Virus record (IMG/VR): IMGVR_UViG_3300028844_007948
Span: 1-64,000 of that record
Length of the DNA stretch: 64,000 nucleotides
DNA from: a virus
Reading direction: 5' to 3' (one strand)
Shown here: one piece after another, positions 8,643 through 17,744 of the stretch
Layout: each line of letters starts with the position of its first letter
Position numbering within the stretch: position 1 is the stretch's first letter
Made by a program: the position numbers and the translations under genes
Notes under the pieces: generated by a model
The model's database searches: none
What the model saw: the letters and a program-made list of their open reading frames with translations, nothing else
What the model was told of the DNA's origin: nothing

Positions 8643-9241
8643 ATAAAATCGTAATTGTATTTATCTATGTCTACACTGTAGATTTTCGACACTATGTCAA
8701 CAGTTTTAACATTATAAAAACTTTTATATTTAGAATATACGCTCACATCAAAACTTCTTAAATTTGGATTGTCTCCAAAAATATTAGACAGAAGTAGTGA
8801 GTCTTTTTTTAAGTTTTCTATTTTGCCGACATAGTCGATATCACGATCTAAAAAATAAGATTGATCTAAAAAATGCAATTGCATTAAATTAGCTCTTTCA
8901 AGACCGCCTTCTTTTACGAAACTATCAAAAGAAGAATACTTCATTAAATAGTTCTCCCTAGATTTCAAATCGTATTCGCTGTTATTACCTCCTTTGAGTA
9001 GATAATTGTATGCACTAACAACTCTAGACCAAGGGTTCCTTACAAATGAAAAGCAAAAAAAAGAGCTTAAAATTTTATCTGGAAAATCAGAGCATTTCGA
9101 ATGAGAGTCTCCAGAAAACCCGCCTACAACTCTTTTAACAAAATTACCCCCACATTTGGGAACGTGTATGAATAAAAGTTTTTTTTTGAAGTTTATATTC
9201 TTAGAGTAAATCTTTTTAAGTTCTATCTCATATGGGTTCAT
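8639..9241 (-). CDS. Sulfotransferase family 2 protein
   Basis: FIHVPKCGGNFV, FSFVRNPWSRVVSAY, HFLDQSYF, DYVGKIENL, DIDKYNYDF. Confidence 0.9.
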   Translation of the reverse strand: MNPYEIELKKIYSKNINFKKKLLFIHVPKCGGNFVKRVVGGFSGDSHSKCSDFPDKILSSFFCFSFVRNPWSRVVSAYNYLLKGGNNSEYDLKSRENYLMKYSSFDSFVKEGGLERANLMQLHFLDQSYFLDRDIDYVGKIENLKKDSLLLSNIFGDNPNLRSFDVSVYSKYKSFYNVKTVDIVSKIYSVDIDKYNYDFI

Positions 9242-11112
9242 TTTATGAACATAGGGGTAAAAGAGCTTATTGCCTGAGAAGAAGCTTTGTAGTTTTGGAA
9301 GTCATAATATATCTTTACCATCCAATTGCCTAAAACAAGGGAAGAATAGCTATCTTTACGGGCTTTATTTGGACCTGTCGTCCTTTTCAATGTGTCTGGC
9401 AAATCAAATGTTTGTGTTCCTTGTGCTGTTGTTTTTATCTGTATTAATGCGCACTCTGATTTTGTTAAGTTAATCATGTCATGTTGATGTTCTACAAAAT
9501 CGATCATTTTTGCACCACTACTATTTGTAACTTCTGAATCTGAAGTATTTAAATATTTTATAGAATCGATGGGTATTTTTTTCTTTATTTGTTCGTGGTA
9601 AGAATCGTCCATTGCTCTTGAGGCAAACCATATTCTTTTATGATCAAAGTTAGCTTGCAGTAATTCGTTTGCATTTCTTATCCAGTTGCTAGTAGGCTTT
9701 CTTAATATACAATACCTTCTTTCATTTAAATCATATTCAGCCTTCGCATTCTTAAGATCGTCTTGATAGTTTTCTGGCTTTTCAAAATCGCTTGTTAGGG
9801 TTTTTATCTTTATTTTTGAATCTTTAAATAAAGAGCTTTCGTTGCAAGCATTTACGAACTGGACTCCGCCATTATAGTCACCTACGATAGCAACTATATT
9901 AAAACTTTTTAAAAGATAGTGAAAGTATTTTATATGATGTTTGAGGTTGGTTCCAGAAAGAGCATAACCATGAACAACAGTTCCCTGCATCGTATCATCG
10001 TTTATCTTAATAATATGCATTGCGAAATTATCAGAACTTTCAGATTCGGCCCAGCTCGGATCAAAAGAAAGTATATATTTAGAAGATGAGTCTCCAGCAA
10101 CCTCAACAGAGGGAGATTCTCCATCTGGAGTCGTACATTGGGCCATTCTTGAAGTTTTAAAGTAACCAGAACTATCATCTGTGAATATAGCTCCAAACTC
10201 TCGATCAAATTGAGACTGGCTCATTGTGGCTTTTGATTGTAGGATCAAATTTTCATCGTAGAGCTTTTTAGGGGCACAATCATAACTGAACTGCATTATG
10301 CACCTGGTTGCATCTCCTTCCTCTTCTATTTTTCCGTTTATTAGAAATTCAAATTGTTCATACAACTTGTATAAATATTCAAATTTATAAGATGCAGAAG
10401 ATAGCGCTATAAGCTTATTGTTGGGCCATTTGTATCTTTCTTCCTCCTTCATTTTTCCCTGTTCTATAAGGGTAGTTTCAGCTTGATGCATTTTCTCTCT
10501 TTCTACTGGGTTTTCCACAACCGAAAGAAATGGAACTATAACTTCGTTATAAATTCTTTCTGGCATAAGTAAGAACTCATCTATTATAATCCTATGGAAT
10601 CTAAAACCTCTCAGTTTAGAACCGTCCCCAAGAGGCAAAGCTCTTATTCTAGATCTGCCAATTTCCATCAGCCATTCATCATTGTTTTTTGATTTATGTG
10701 TAATGCATTGAGCTAATAATCTTGCTTCGGGTTTAGCGGCAATATCTTCAATCTTTTTGAATATCATTTTAGACTGTCTAAAAGATTTAGATAATATTCC
10801 TATCTCAACTCCTTGATTTAATATTGCATCAAGAAAGGCGTATATTCCAGTTGTAAAAGATTTAGACATACCTCTGGACCAAACCCCAAGTGTGTAGTCG
10901 GTTTCAAACATGGCCTTGATAGCCATGTGCTGAAAAGGAAAAAGATCAACCCCTGATAATAAGCTAGTTGAAAATGTTATATTTTCTCTCAAAAATTTAT
11001 AAAGGAGGATTTTAGCCTCTTCTTCATCTTCTATATACCCATCAATGCTAGATAAAAAATCATTAAAATCTTCTTTATCTTTTCTTTTCTGAGAACCTTT
11101 ATCCCAAGCCAT
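9238..11112 (-). CDS. terL: Terminase large subunit
   Basis: LFPFQ adenine-binding motif, Walker A variant WSRGMSKS, Walker B RIIIDEF, LRGFR, RNase H-like nuclease SFDPSW ... KDSYSS. Confidence 0.9.
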   Translation of the reverse strand: MAWDKGSQKRKDKEDFNDFLSSIDGYIEDEEEAKILLYKFLRENITFSTSLLSGVDLFPFQHMAIKAMFETDYTLGVWSRGMSKSFTTGIYAFLDAILNQGVEIGILSKSFRQSKMIFKKIEDIAAKPEARLLAQCITHKSKNNDEWLMEIGRSRIRALPLGDGSKLRGFRFHRIIIDEFLLMPERIYNEVIVPFLSVVENPVEREKMHQAETTLIEQGKMKEEERYKWPNNKLIALSSASYKFEYLYKLYEQFEFLINGKIEEEGDATRCIMQFSYDCAPKKLYDENLILQSKATMSQSQFDREFGAIFTDDSSGYFKTSRMAQCTTPDGESPSVEVAGDSSSKYILSFDPSWAESESSDNFAMHIIKINDDTMQGTVVHGYALSGTNLKHHIKYFHYLLKSFNIVAIVGDYNGGVQFVNACNESSLFKDSKIKIKTLTSDFEKPENYQDDLKNAKAEYDLNERRYCILRKPTSNWIRNANELLQANFDHKRIWFASRAMDDSYHEQIKKKIPIDSIKYLNTSDSEVTNSSGAKMIDFVEHQHDMINLTKSECALIQIKTTAQGTQTFDLPDTLKRTTGPNKARKDSYSSLVLGNWMVKIYYDFQNYKASSQAISSFTPMFIK

Positions 11113-11116
11113 ATTA

Positions 11117-11482
11117 CTATTCTCTAAAAACTTTCTGGCAAGAATAGTTCTCAGGATCTAATTCCTTAATTGCTAAATCCATAGCCTCACTTGGTCTATA
11201 GCCTCTACAGGAGTGAATATTAATAAAGCAATTTTTATTATTTGATAAAAAATGCCCAGTGATTAAACAGTTTTGAGTCTCATGAACTAGCCTGAAGCCG
11301 CTCATGTTTTCGTCGTGCTTACCAAATTCACTAACCACTCCAACTATCTCGCTTTTTGGGTCTATTTTTTCGCCTAAAGTTTGGCCGATTTTTTTTAAAA
11401 AAGATTCCTCTAGCTGCAACTTCTTGCAATTATGAAAGTTTAACATTAAATCAAGGGACCATATTATTTTTTCTGTTTTCAT
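11117..11482 (-). CDS. S-adenosylmethionine decarboxylase-like pyruvoyl-fold protein (Ser to Cys at the cleavage site)
   Basis: Aligns by eye with phage SpeD-like proteins: W..DL.L....C, FG, GFRLVHETQNCLITGHF (cf. GYSLVQLIETSxITxHF), INIHSC (cf. DVFSC). Confidence 0.65.
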   Translation of the reverse strand: MKTEKIIWSLDLMLNFHNCKKLQLEESFLKKIGQTLGEKIDPKSEIVGVVSEFGKHDENMSGFRLVHETQNCLITGHFLSNNKNCFINIHSCRGYRPSEAMDLAIKELDPENYSCQKVFRE

Positions 11483-12425
11483 ATATTTTTTTATTTATAA
11501 AATACTGCATGTCTACATCCCACAACTTTTTTCCATATAATAATATTTGAGGGATTATTTTTTTCAACCCATTTCTATTTCCAGCAAAAACAAACTGGCA
11601 ACAATCTTTGTAGTCTTGAGATATTGATTTTAAATTATGCCATATGTAAGGGAGTTTTGATTTATGAGGCGAGAAGATGTTATTCTTTTTTATTTTGTCA
11701 ATATCGCTTTCCACTAAAACAAAAATATATGAATTAAACTTTCTAGCCCTATCAAGCTCTCTCCTAAACCTTTCATAATTATTACCAGACAATGTTGACT
11801 TCAAGTCACCTTCGCTCTTACGGTCTATATATGTATAATCATAATATGGAGAGGCTGCCGTGTAATCTCCAAAGTCTAACTTCATTAGTTCTGAGTTTAT
11901 AAAATTTATAGGCTTTTGCTCTCTAGTATCAACAAAAATTTTCATCTCTTCTGGGTTGAGATGTGGATTATCTTCAAAATTAAAAAAATCGGAAGGGATG
12001 TTTTTATTTAGACAGTTTTCTAAACCTATTTCTTTGCATAGATCGGAGTAGCTTCCGAAAATATTTTTATAACAATCTATAGTTGGAAAATCGCACAGTT
12101 CTAATTCTATTTCGCTTAGAGCATATTTTATTTTCTTTTCTTCTTTTCTATCAACTAAGAGTTTTTTTATATATACTGAAGTTGTGTCTTTTTTTTCTTG
12201 CTCGCACCAAAGTAATAATTCTTTTCTGTTCAAAAAATCAGAGCTCATATACTGCTTAAAGTTTTTAAAAGGTATATTTTTTTTGAGCAGCAAGCTTTTT
12301 CTGGGATAATGTTTTGTGTAGTATTTTTTTAGAGAAATGTTGTGAGCTTTTTTAATGTGCAAATGAAGGCCTCTGTTTGTGCTAAATGATTTGCCGCACT
12401 CTTTGCATGTAGTCAAGTCAATCAT
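11451..12425 (-). CDS. C2H2 zinc finger plus ERCC4/XPF-like nuclease
   Basis: CKECGKSF...LHLHIKKAH; VDTREQKP, GDY, IDRKSEGDL, RFRRELDRA, VLVE. Confidence 0.82.
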   Translation of the reverse strand: MIDLTTCKECGKSFSTNRGLHLHIKKAHNISLKKYYTKHYPRKSLLLKKNIPFKNFKQYMSSDFLNRKELLLWCEQEKKDTTSVYIKKLLVDRKEEKKIKYALSEIELELCDFPTIDCYKNIFGSYSDLCKEIGLENCLNKNIPSDFFNFEDNPHLNPEEMKIFVDTREQKPINFINSELMKLDFGDYTAASPYYDYTYIDRKSEGDLKSTLSGNNYERFRRELDRARKFNSYIFVLVESDIDKIKKNNIFSPHKSKLPYIWHNLKSISQDYKDCCQFVFAGNRNGLKKIIPQILLYGKKLWDVDMQYFINKKIYENRKNNMVP

Positions 12426-12784
12426 CTCTTACCTCCAAAATATTCTTTTGCATGCCCTTCTGAAACTAATATCTCAGAAAGATTTTGAAATTTAGATTTT
12501 TTATTTTTTGCGAATAGTATTTCAGCTATAATTCTTCCAAATTTTCCTTTTCCATGAGATTTTATCTTTATCTCATTAGAATTTTCTAACAAATCTTTAA
12601 CCCTTTCTTTAGCTTTAATGCCAAGCTGTTTTTCTTTTTTATCTCTAGTTCTTGTTTCTGGGGTATTAATACCAAAAACTCTTATCCTTTTTTTTGTAAA
12701 AACATCAAAGCCCAAATCAATAACAACATCAATAGTATCACCATCAACAACTTTAACAAGGTCTTTTATTTTATACTCGTACAT
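12422..12784 (-). CDS. Thermonuclease (SNase) family protein
   Basis: VVDGDTID, RIRVFGINTPE, GKFGRIIA, LVSEGHA. Confidence 0.92.
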   Translation of the reverse strand: MYEYKIKDLVKVVDGDTIDVVIDLGFDVFTKKRIRVFGINTPETRTRDKKEKQLGIKAKERVKDLLENSNEIKIKSHGKGKFGRIIAEILFAKNKKSKFQNLSEILVSEGHAKEYFGGKR

Positions 12785-13845
12785 TACAAGACGTCATCCT
12801 TTCTCAAGCCAAGGATCCTTGATTTCCATGAATCCATGGATTCTAAACGATCAACCTCATCCGAAACTGCCATTTTTTGTTTTTCAGCAATTTCAATCAT
12901 TCTATCTCTCTCTTCTTTTTGTTGGAAAGACTGAACTAAATTCAGCACTGACGCAAAGTTACCTTCTCTATTTTTCATTCTTACAGATCTATCCCCATTG
13001 AGTTTTTTAATTAAAGACTCTTGTCTCTGCTCACATTGATGATACTCAGAACTTTTAGCTTTTAATATCTCAGCGAGCTTTACGGACATTTCAGTTTGAT
13101 CCTCGCAATCATCAAACATCCTGTTAAGCTTTTCCATATTTCTTTGTATAGTCTTGAGGTTTACATAATCAACGCAAACATTTATGTAAAGATTTAGTTC
13201 ATCTGAAGTTAGGTCAGGTTTGTCCCATACTGCCCTAACAAATTCAGCCTCAAAAAGGTAAGAGTCTTCTTGAGAATATGTATTTAATATCTGAATAAAT
13301 CTAGGAGATTGTAAACTTTTAATTATATTTTGAATACATTCTTTATCTGCTCTTTTAAGTTTTGAGAAGTCTTCATCCAGATTGCTTTGAGTTAATTCAT
13401 TAACCTTTAATATAGCTTCGTTGTTTGCTTGGGGTGGAATGTAACTTGGGACTGCAACATCTTCTTTTGGTTTAACATAATTGCTTGAATTAGTTTTAAT
13501 AAAATCAGAGACTATCCTCTGCTCCTTACTTAAATTTTTAATCTCTTTTTCTTGGAAAATTAATTGTGCTATTTGAAGGCTATTGAGGTGATCTTCATCA
13601 TTATACTCTATGATTAGTTTTTTTTGCTCTTCCGTTAATTTTATTTTACTGGCTTTCTTATGAACTCTGGTTTTATATTTGTAGCCCCTCTCTAACATAT
13701 AGGCCGCAACCAGTTTACCTTCTTTATTTCTGCCATCTAAGTTGTCATTCTTGAATAGTGACTTAGTTAGCTGATCAACGTCTGGTATTTGAAGATAGTT
13801 TTTATCAATAAATTTTTTCTGTTCTTCTGTTAATGATTTAATCAT
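12784..13845 (-). CDS. Hypothetical helical/coiled-coil protein (possible small terminase)
   Basis: 353 aa, N-terminal HTH-like segments, coiled-coil C-terminus, in the terminase operon; function inferred from position only. Confidence 0.6.
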   Translation of the reverse strand: MIKSLTEEQKKFIDKNYLQIPDVDQLTKSLFKNDNLDGRNKEGKLVAAYMLERGYKYKTRVHKKASKIKLTEEQKKLIIEYNDEDHLNSLQIAQLIFQEKEIKNLSKEQRIVSDFIKTNSSNYVKPKEDVAVPSYIPPQANNEAILKVNELTQSNLDEDFSKLKRADKECIQNIIKSLQSPRFIQILNTYSQEDSYLFEAEFVRAVWDKPDLTSDELNLYINVCVDYVNLKTIQRNMEKLNRMFDDCEDQTEMSVKLAEILKAKSSEYHQCEQRQESLIKKLNGDRSVRMKNREGNFASVLNLVQSFQQKEERDRMIEIAEKQKMAVSDEVDRLESMDSWKSRILGLRKDDVL

Positions 13846-14564
13846 GTCAAGATGTCTTTATTTTCCAAAATTTTTAAAACTATTTTTTTAAATTTTAATT
13901 TCAAGTTTTTTATTTGTTTATATCCAGCTGTCCTACCTTTCTCATTAGTCTTGTACCCAAGTTCTATGGCGACCTCTTCCTCAGGTCTTTTTTCCAAAAA
14001 AAGCATTTTGTATATTTTATACTGTTTCTCTGATAAAGTCTTTTCTAACTCCTTATGAAGCTTCTCTATTGTTTTATTTAAATTGGTAGATTGAGCTTGA
14101 TGATCTTCGATATTTAATCTAGGTAAAACTTCTATGGATACTGGTATTTTAATTCCATAAGCATGTTTTTTAGACTTATTCCATTTTTTGTACAAAGGGC
14201 AAGTGCAATCTTGTTTTTTAGATTTAGTGAAGTCGCAATAATTATCAGTATCAGATGTACTTGTATTAAATGGGCATCCCACGCAAGGCTTGACAAAACT
14301 ATGATAATGGTTTCTTACTAGATTTTTGAGTTGATTAGTTATAATTTTATTAACCCAAGGAAGTAATGATCTAGACTGATCCCACTGATCCCATTTTTTA
14401 AAAATATGAAACCTTATTATTTGGGAAATATCATCGTAATCAAGCCATTGTAGGGATGTCAATCTCCACTTCCCCTTTCTTTTTCTGATTTCGTTATCTA
14501 TTTCGTCAGAATAAAAAGAGTAGCTTTTATTTCCTCCTTCTTCTGACTTTTCTTTTTTCACCAC
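13842..14564 (-). CDS. Phage-encoded sigma70-family (ECF-like) sigma factor with a Cys-rich insert
   Basis: sigma2-like DYDDISQ...FKKWDQWD...PWVNKIITNQLKNLVR; sigma4-like LSEKQYKIYKMLFLE..PEEEVAIELG; linker carries CxxC...C...CxC. Confidence 0.78.
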   Translation of the reverse strand: MVKKEKSEEGGNKSYSFYSDEIDNEIRKRKGKWRLTSLQWLDYDDISQIIRFHIFKKWDQWDQSRSLLPWVNKIITNQLKNLVRNHYHSFVKPCVGCPFNTSTSDTDNYCDFTKSKKQDCTCPLYKKWNKSKKHAYGIKIPVSIEVLPRLNIEDHQAQSTNLNKTIEKLHKELEKTLSEKQYKIYKMLFLEKRPEEEVAIELGYKTNEKGRTAGYKQIKNLKLKFKKIVLKILENKDILT

Positions 14565-14853
14565 TTTGTTTTATATTTTTCTGCGACTCTTCCTTTGGGG
14601 GTTCATTAATAAAATCTGAACCTTTATGTTTAACGCCCATTCCTTCGTAAGAAACTGAAACATCTAAATTACGAATGTCTGGGATTTCGAATACATCGGT
14701 GCCATCTTCGTCTAAGTCTTCATTGGTAGGCATTTTATTTGTTTTTATTTTTGCATTCGCATTGAATGGCTCTCCACATGAGGAGCAAAAATTTGGCCTA
14801 GACAAAGAGTACGCATTTTTATAACCGCAAGAAGGGCAATAAATATTCCCCAT
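14527..14853 (-). CDS. Zinc-ribbon protein
   Basis: YCPSCG...PNFCSSCGEP double CxxC, followed by an acidic then basic tail. Confidence 0.8.
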   Translation of the reverse strand: MGNIYCPSCGYKNAYSLSRPNFCSSCGEPFNANAKIKTNKMPTNEDLDEDGTDVFEIPDIRNLDVSVSYEGMGVKHKGSDFINEPPKEESQKNIKQSGEKRKVRRRRK

Positions 14854-14854
14854 A

Positions 14855-15202
14855 TTATTTACCCCCCTTATCTATTTTAAAGTATTTTATAATTTTTTTC
14901 ATTTCTTCTTGTGTCAAAGTCTCTCCATCCTTTAATACAACATCTAGATTAATTGATTCTGAAGACAAAGATCTTACCTGAGAAAAACCTTCTGAGGTGT
15001 ACTCAAATTGACTTTTAGTTTTTTCTTCTTCTTTATCTCTACCAATGTAAAGCTTAAAGTATTTTATTTTTTCTTTAGATATTAAATCTAAAAAATCTAT
15101 CGAAGTTTTTGCTTTAGAATATCTTTGTTTTATGTAAAAACATACTATGGTTACGATACAGGTAAACACACAGCTTATTAAAGATATAATTATTTCATTC
15201 AT
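14855..15202 (-). CDS. Membrane protein with a single N-terminal TM helix
   Basis: IIISLISCVFTCIVTIVCFYI followed by basic residues. Confidence 0.7.
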   Translation of the reverse strand: MNEIIISLISCVFTCIVTIVCFYIKQRYSKAKTSIDFLDLISKEKIKYFKLYIGRDKEEEKTKSQFEYTSEGFSQVRSLSSESINLDVVLKDGETLTQEEMKKIIKYFKIDKGGK

Positions 15203-15248
15203 AGATGCTGATATATTCTATACTAGAATGAAAAATATTCTACAATTT

Positions 15249-16457
15249 TTAATTAGGTGTATTATTTTCGTACTCGAATTTCTTATTCCAATCTACATTT
15301 CCATTTTCATCTATATATGGGGGGGGAGGTAAATCTGGCGATTTCTGAAGTCTATAAATTAAAAAAAATGTCAAAGAAAAAACCAAAACTACAATTCCGA
15401 CAGCAACCCATCCTAGAACCAATCCTAAATTCTTTAATATCCAAGGCTCTGGTTTGGGCTTAGGCTTTGGCTCTGGTTTGGGCTCTGGCTTCGGTTGGGG
15501 CTTGGGCTCTGGCTTCGGTTGGGGCTTGGGCTCTGGTTCTGGTTTGGGGTTAGTAGGATCAGGTTCCCCTAAAAGCATTGAGTCTGCATCAATGATTCCA
15601 TAACCCCAATCAGAGTCTTTGCCTGCTGAGCCCATGTCATCAGCATGACTTCTTAGTAGCTCTCTAATTTCATCCACAGTATGTATTTTTCCATCTTTTT
15701 TGCCTTTAGAAATTAGCAAGGCTACAACTCCAGCTACAAAAGGGCATGCCATGGAAGTGCCACTTAATCTAGCGTAACCCTTATCTTTATATGTGCTAAA
15801 TATATTGACTCCAGGAGCCGCAATTTCAACCTGTTTTCCACGAGAAGAAAACCTAGCAATCTTGTCGTCTTTAGAGTATGCAGCCACAGCTATACACTCT
15901 TCAAATGCAGCAGGATAGTTAACACCTGAAAATCCACTATTTCCAGCCGCACAAATGACTGGAATATTTTTTATATAAGCTTTTCTAACTGCAGATTGAA
16001 TTTCTGGACTGGGTGATCTTCCTCCTAGCGACATACTTATTAAATCTACATTTTTGCTTATACAATATTCTATAGATTTAGCTATACCTGAGTTAGATCC
16101 GCTACCGCTATTACTTAGTCCTTTGACACAAAGGCACTTTGCATCTGGGGCGACCCCAACCATACCTTGGTTATTATCTTTTGCAGAGATAATTCCAACG
16201 CAATGGGTTTGATGGCCATGCTTATCTTCTATTGATTCATTCGTTATAAAACTTTTTCCTTTAATTGCATTATCGCTAATATCAGGGTGATCAGGATACC
16301 CAGTATCTATAACACCTATTATGACATTTTGGCCAGTAGACTCCTTCCAAATTTTAGGAATATTAAGTTTGGATAAGCCCCAGTCAGTAGTTTGAGAAAA
16401 AGATGTATAAACTTCTTCTACTTTATATTCGGGTAGTCTAATTTCTTCCTTTTTCAT
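15249..16457 (-). CDS. Subtilisin-like S8 serine protease with Pro-rich stalk and C-terminal TM anchor
   Basis: Catalytic D (VIDTG), H (HGHQTH), oxyanion N (AAGN), S (GTSMA); (PKPE/PKPQ)n linker; hydrophobic helix LGLVLGWVAVGIVVLVFSLTFFLIY. Confidence 0.93.
   Translation of the reverse strand: MKKEEIRLPEYKVEEVYTSFSQTTDWGLSKLNIPKIWKESTGQNVIIGVIDTGYPDHPDISDNAIKGKSFITNESIEDKHGHQTHCVGIISAKDNNQGMVGVAPDAKCLCVKGLSNSGSGSNSGIAKSIEYCISKNVDLISMSLGGRSPSPEIQSAVRKAYIKNIPVICAAGNSGFSGVNYPAAFEECIAVAAYSKDDKIARFSSRGKQVEIAAPGVNIFSTYKDKGYARLSGTSMACPFVAGVVALLISKGKKDGKIHTVDEIRELLRSHADDMGSAGKDSDWGYGIIDADSMLLGEPDPTNPKPEPEPKPQPKPEPKPQPKPEPKPEPKPKPKPEPWILKNLGLVLGWVAVGIVVLVFSLTFFLIYRLQKSPDLPPPPYIDENGNVDWNKKFEYENNTPN
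15444..15569 (-). repeat. Coding tandem repeat for the (PKPE/PKPQ)n linker
   Basis: Includes two exact copies of the 24-mer GGGCTCTGGCTTCGGTTGGGGCTT. Confidence 0.85.
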
Positions 16458-17169
16458 TTTTACTATTTTTTGTTAATTTTCTTATTATAAATTTAAGTAC
16501 CTCGCTGCGTTTTATATCCGAGGCATTGAACGAAAAAGTCTCTATCCCATTTTTCGAGCTCTCTTCGTCGTTGAAGATTTTAATCATGCCACCGAAGCCA
16601 CTTTTACCATTTATATCGCTTTGCATCAAATCGCCGCAAATAAATAATTTACAGTTCTCGCCAATTCTAGTGATTAAGGTTGTCAATTCTTTAAAGGAAG
16701 CATTTTGAGCTTCGTCCATAATTACTATTTTATCTTTCCAACTACAGCCTCTAAGGAAATTAATCGGCATAGCATCTATCCGACCTTCTTTTATTAAATC
16801 AGTTTTAATCGTAGACCCTGATGGCATAACTTCCTCAAGTTTCTCCATGAGCGGGATCATGTAAGGATTAAACTTTTCATTCAAATCTCCTGGCAGAGCT
16901 CCAAGCCCCTTATCTGCACTTTCTATTATAGTCCTAATATATATTAGATCTAAATCTGGATTTTTAGACAATAACAAAAGCGAGGTATATACCGAAATAA
17001 ATGTTTTAGAGCTTCCAGCTGGTCCAGATACGAAAACTATTTTAGTTTTTTCGTCTGAGCTCATGGAGAAAAAAGCTTTTTGCTTTTCTGTGAACTTAAC
17101 ATTATTTAATTTAATTTTATTTAAATTAGACGTTATTAGGTCGTTTTGATTTTGTTTTTTTCTAGACAT
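16438..17169 (-). CDS. phoH: PhoH-like ATPase
   Basis: GPAGSSKT, LGALPGDLNEKFNPY, FLRG, DEAQN, TRIGE, GDLMQSD, DIKRS. Confidence 0.95.
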   Translation of the reverse strand: MSRKKQNQNDLITSNLNKIKLNNVKFTEKQKAFFSMSSDEKTKIVFVSGPAGSSKTFISVYTSLLLLSKNPDLDLIYIRTIIESADKGLGALPGDLNEKFNPYMIPLMEKLEEVMPSGSTIKTDLIKEGRIDAMPINFLRGCSWKDKIVIMDEAQNASFKELTTLITRIGENCKLFICGDLMQSDINGKSGFGGMIKIFNDEESSKNGIETFSFNASDIKRSEVLKFIIRKLTKNSKNEKGRN

Positions 17170-17707
17170 TTTTAATATTATTAATAATGGAATTTAAAAT
17201 TTCTTCTCGCCGTTCGGGTCCTGAATAAAACCACTTCAAATAAAAACAATCGTTCATTTGGTTGAGTTCTTTTTTCAAGTCTTTTATTTCTTTTTCAAGT
17301 TTATCTATTTCAATAAAAGATATTTCCCCCAGATCTATTTTTGAACTTCTTACTTCGTCATAAAATTTATTAAGACTCCCTTCTTTTTTTGCTTTTGATA
17401 TATTTTTAAAAGAATCTAAATTATTGACGCCTTTTCTATCTGGATGGGTAAGTTTTGCAGCATCCCTGTATTTAGATTTAATTTCATCCTCATTGAAAAA
17501 AGAATTATTTTTTTCGTCTTCTTTTTTTATTTCCTTGGAGAAAGGGTCATCTATATTTTTAGATTCTATTTTTCTTAAAAATGTTGGATAAAAAGACTGC
17601 CATGCCATTTCAAGAAGAGATTCTAATTGTCTTTTTTCTTCATTAAGCTCTCTCCACTCAGACCTTAATTTATAAAAATATTTTTTTGAAATTGAGTTTA
17701 TTGACAT
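17162..17707 (-). CDS. J-domain (DnaJ-like) protein
   Basis: IKSKYRDAAKLTHPDR with the HPD motif, then FKNISKA. Confidence 0.7.
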   Translation of the reverse strand: MSINSISKKYFYKLRSEWRELNEEKRQLESLLEMAWQSFYPTFLRKIESKNIDDPFSKEIKKEDEKNNSFFNEDEIKSKYRDAAKLTHPDRKGVNNLDSFKNISKAKKEGSLNKFYDEVRSSKIDLGEISFIEIDKLEKEIKDLKKELNQMNDCFYLKWFYSGPERREEILNSIINNIKNV

Positions 17708-17723
17708 GAATTCTCAAAAGGTG

Positions 17724-17743
17724 GGTGTAAAAAACATTACACC
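17724..17743. promoter_or_regulatory. Inverted pair of GTGTA elements between divergent genes
   Basis: GGTGTAA(17724-17730)-N6-TTACACC(17737-17743), between the ATGs at 17707 (-) and 17745 (+). Confidence 0.65.
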
Positions 17744-17744
17744 T

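Noticed and set aside
8573-8761. 62-aa ORF in the track
   Set aside because: Overlaps, out of frame, the better-supported lipoprotein ORF (8466-8642) and the minus-strand sulfotransferase.
14855-15202. Holin assignment for the single-TM protein
   Set aside because: No adjacent endolysin and no family motif; left as a membrane protein.
17701-17729. TTGACA at 17701 as a sigma70 -35 box
   Set aside because: No TANNNT at 16-18 nt spacing; the hexamer overlaps the start of the reverse-strand gene.
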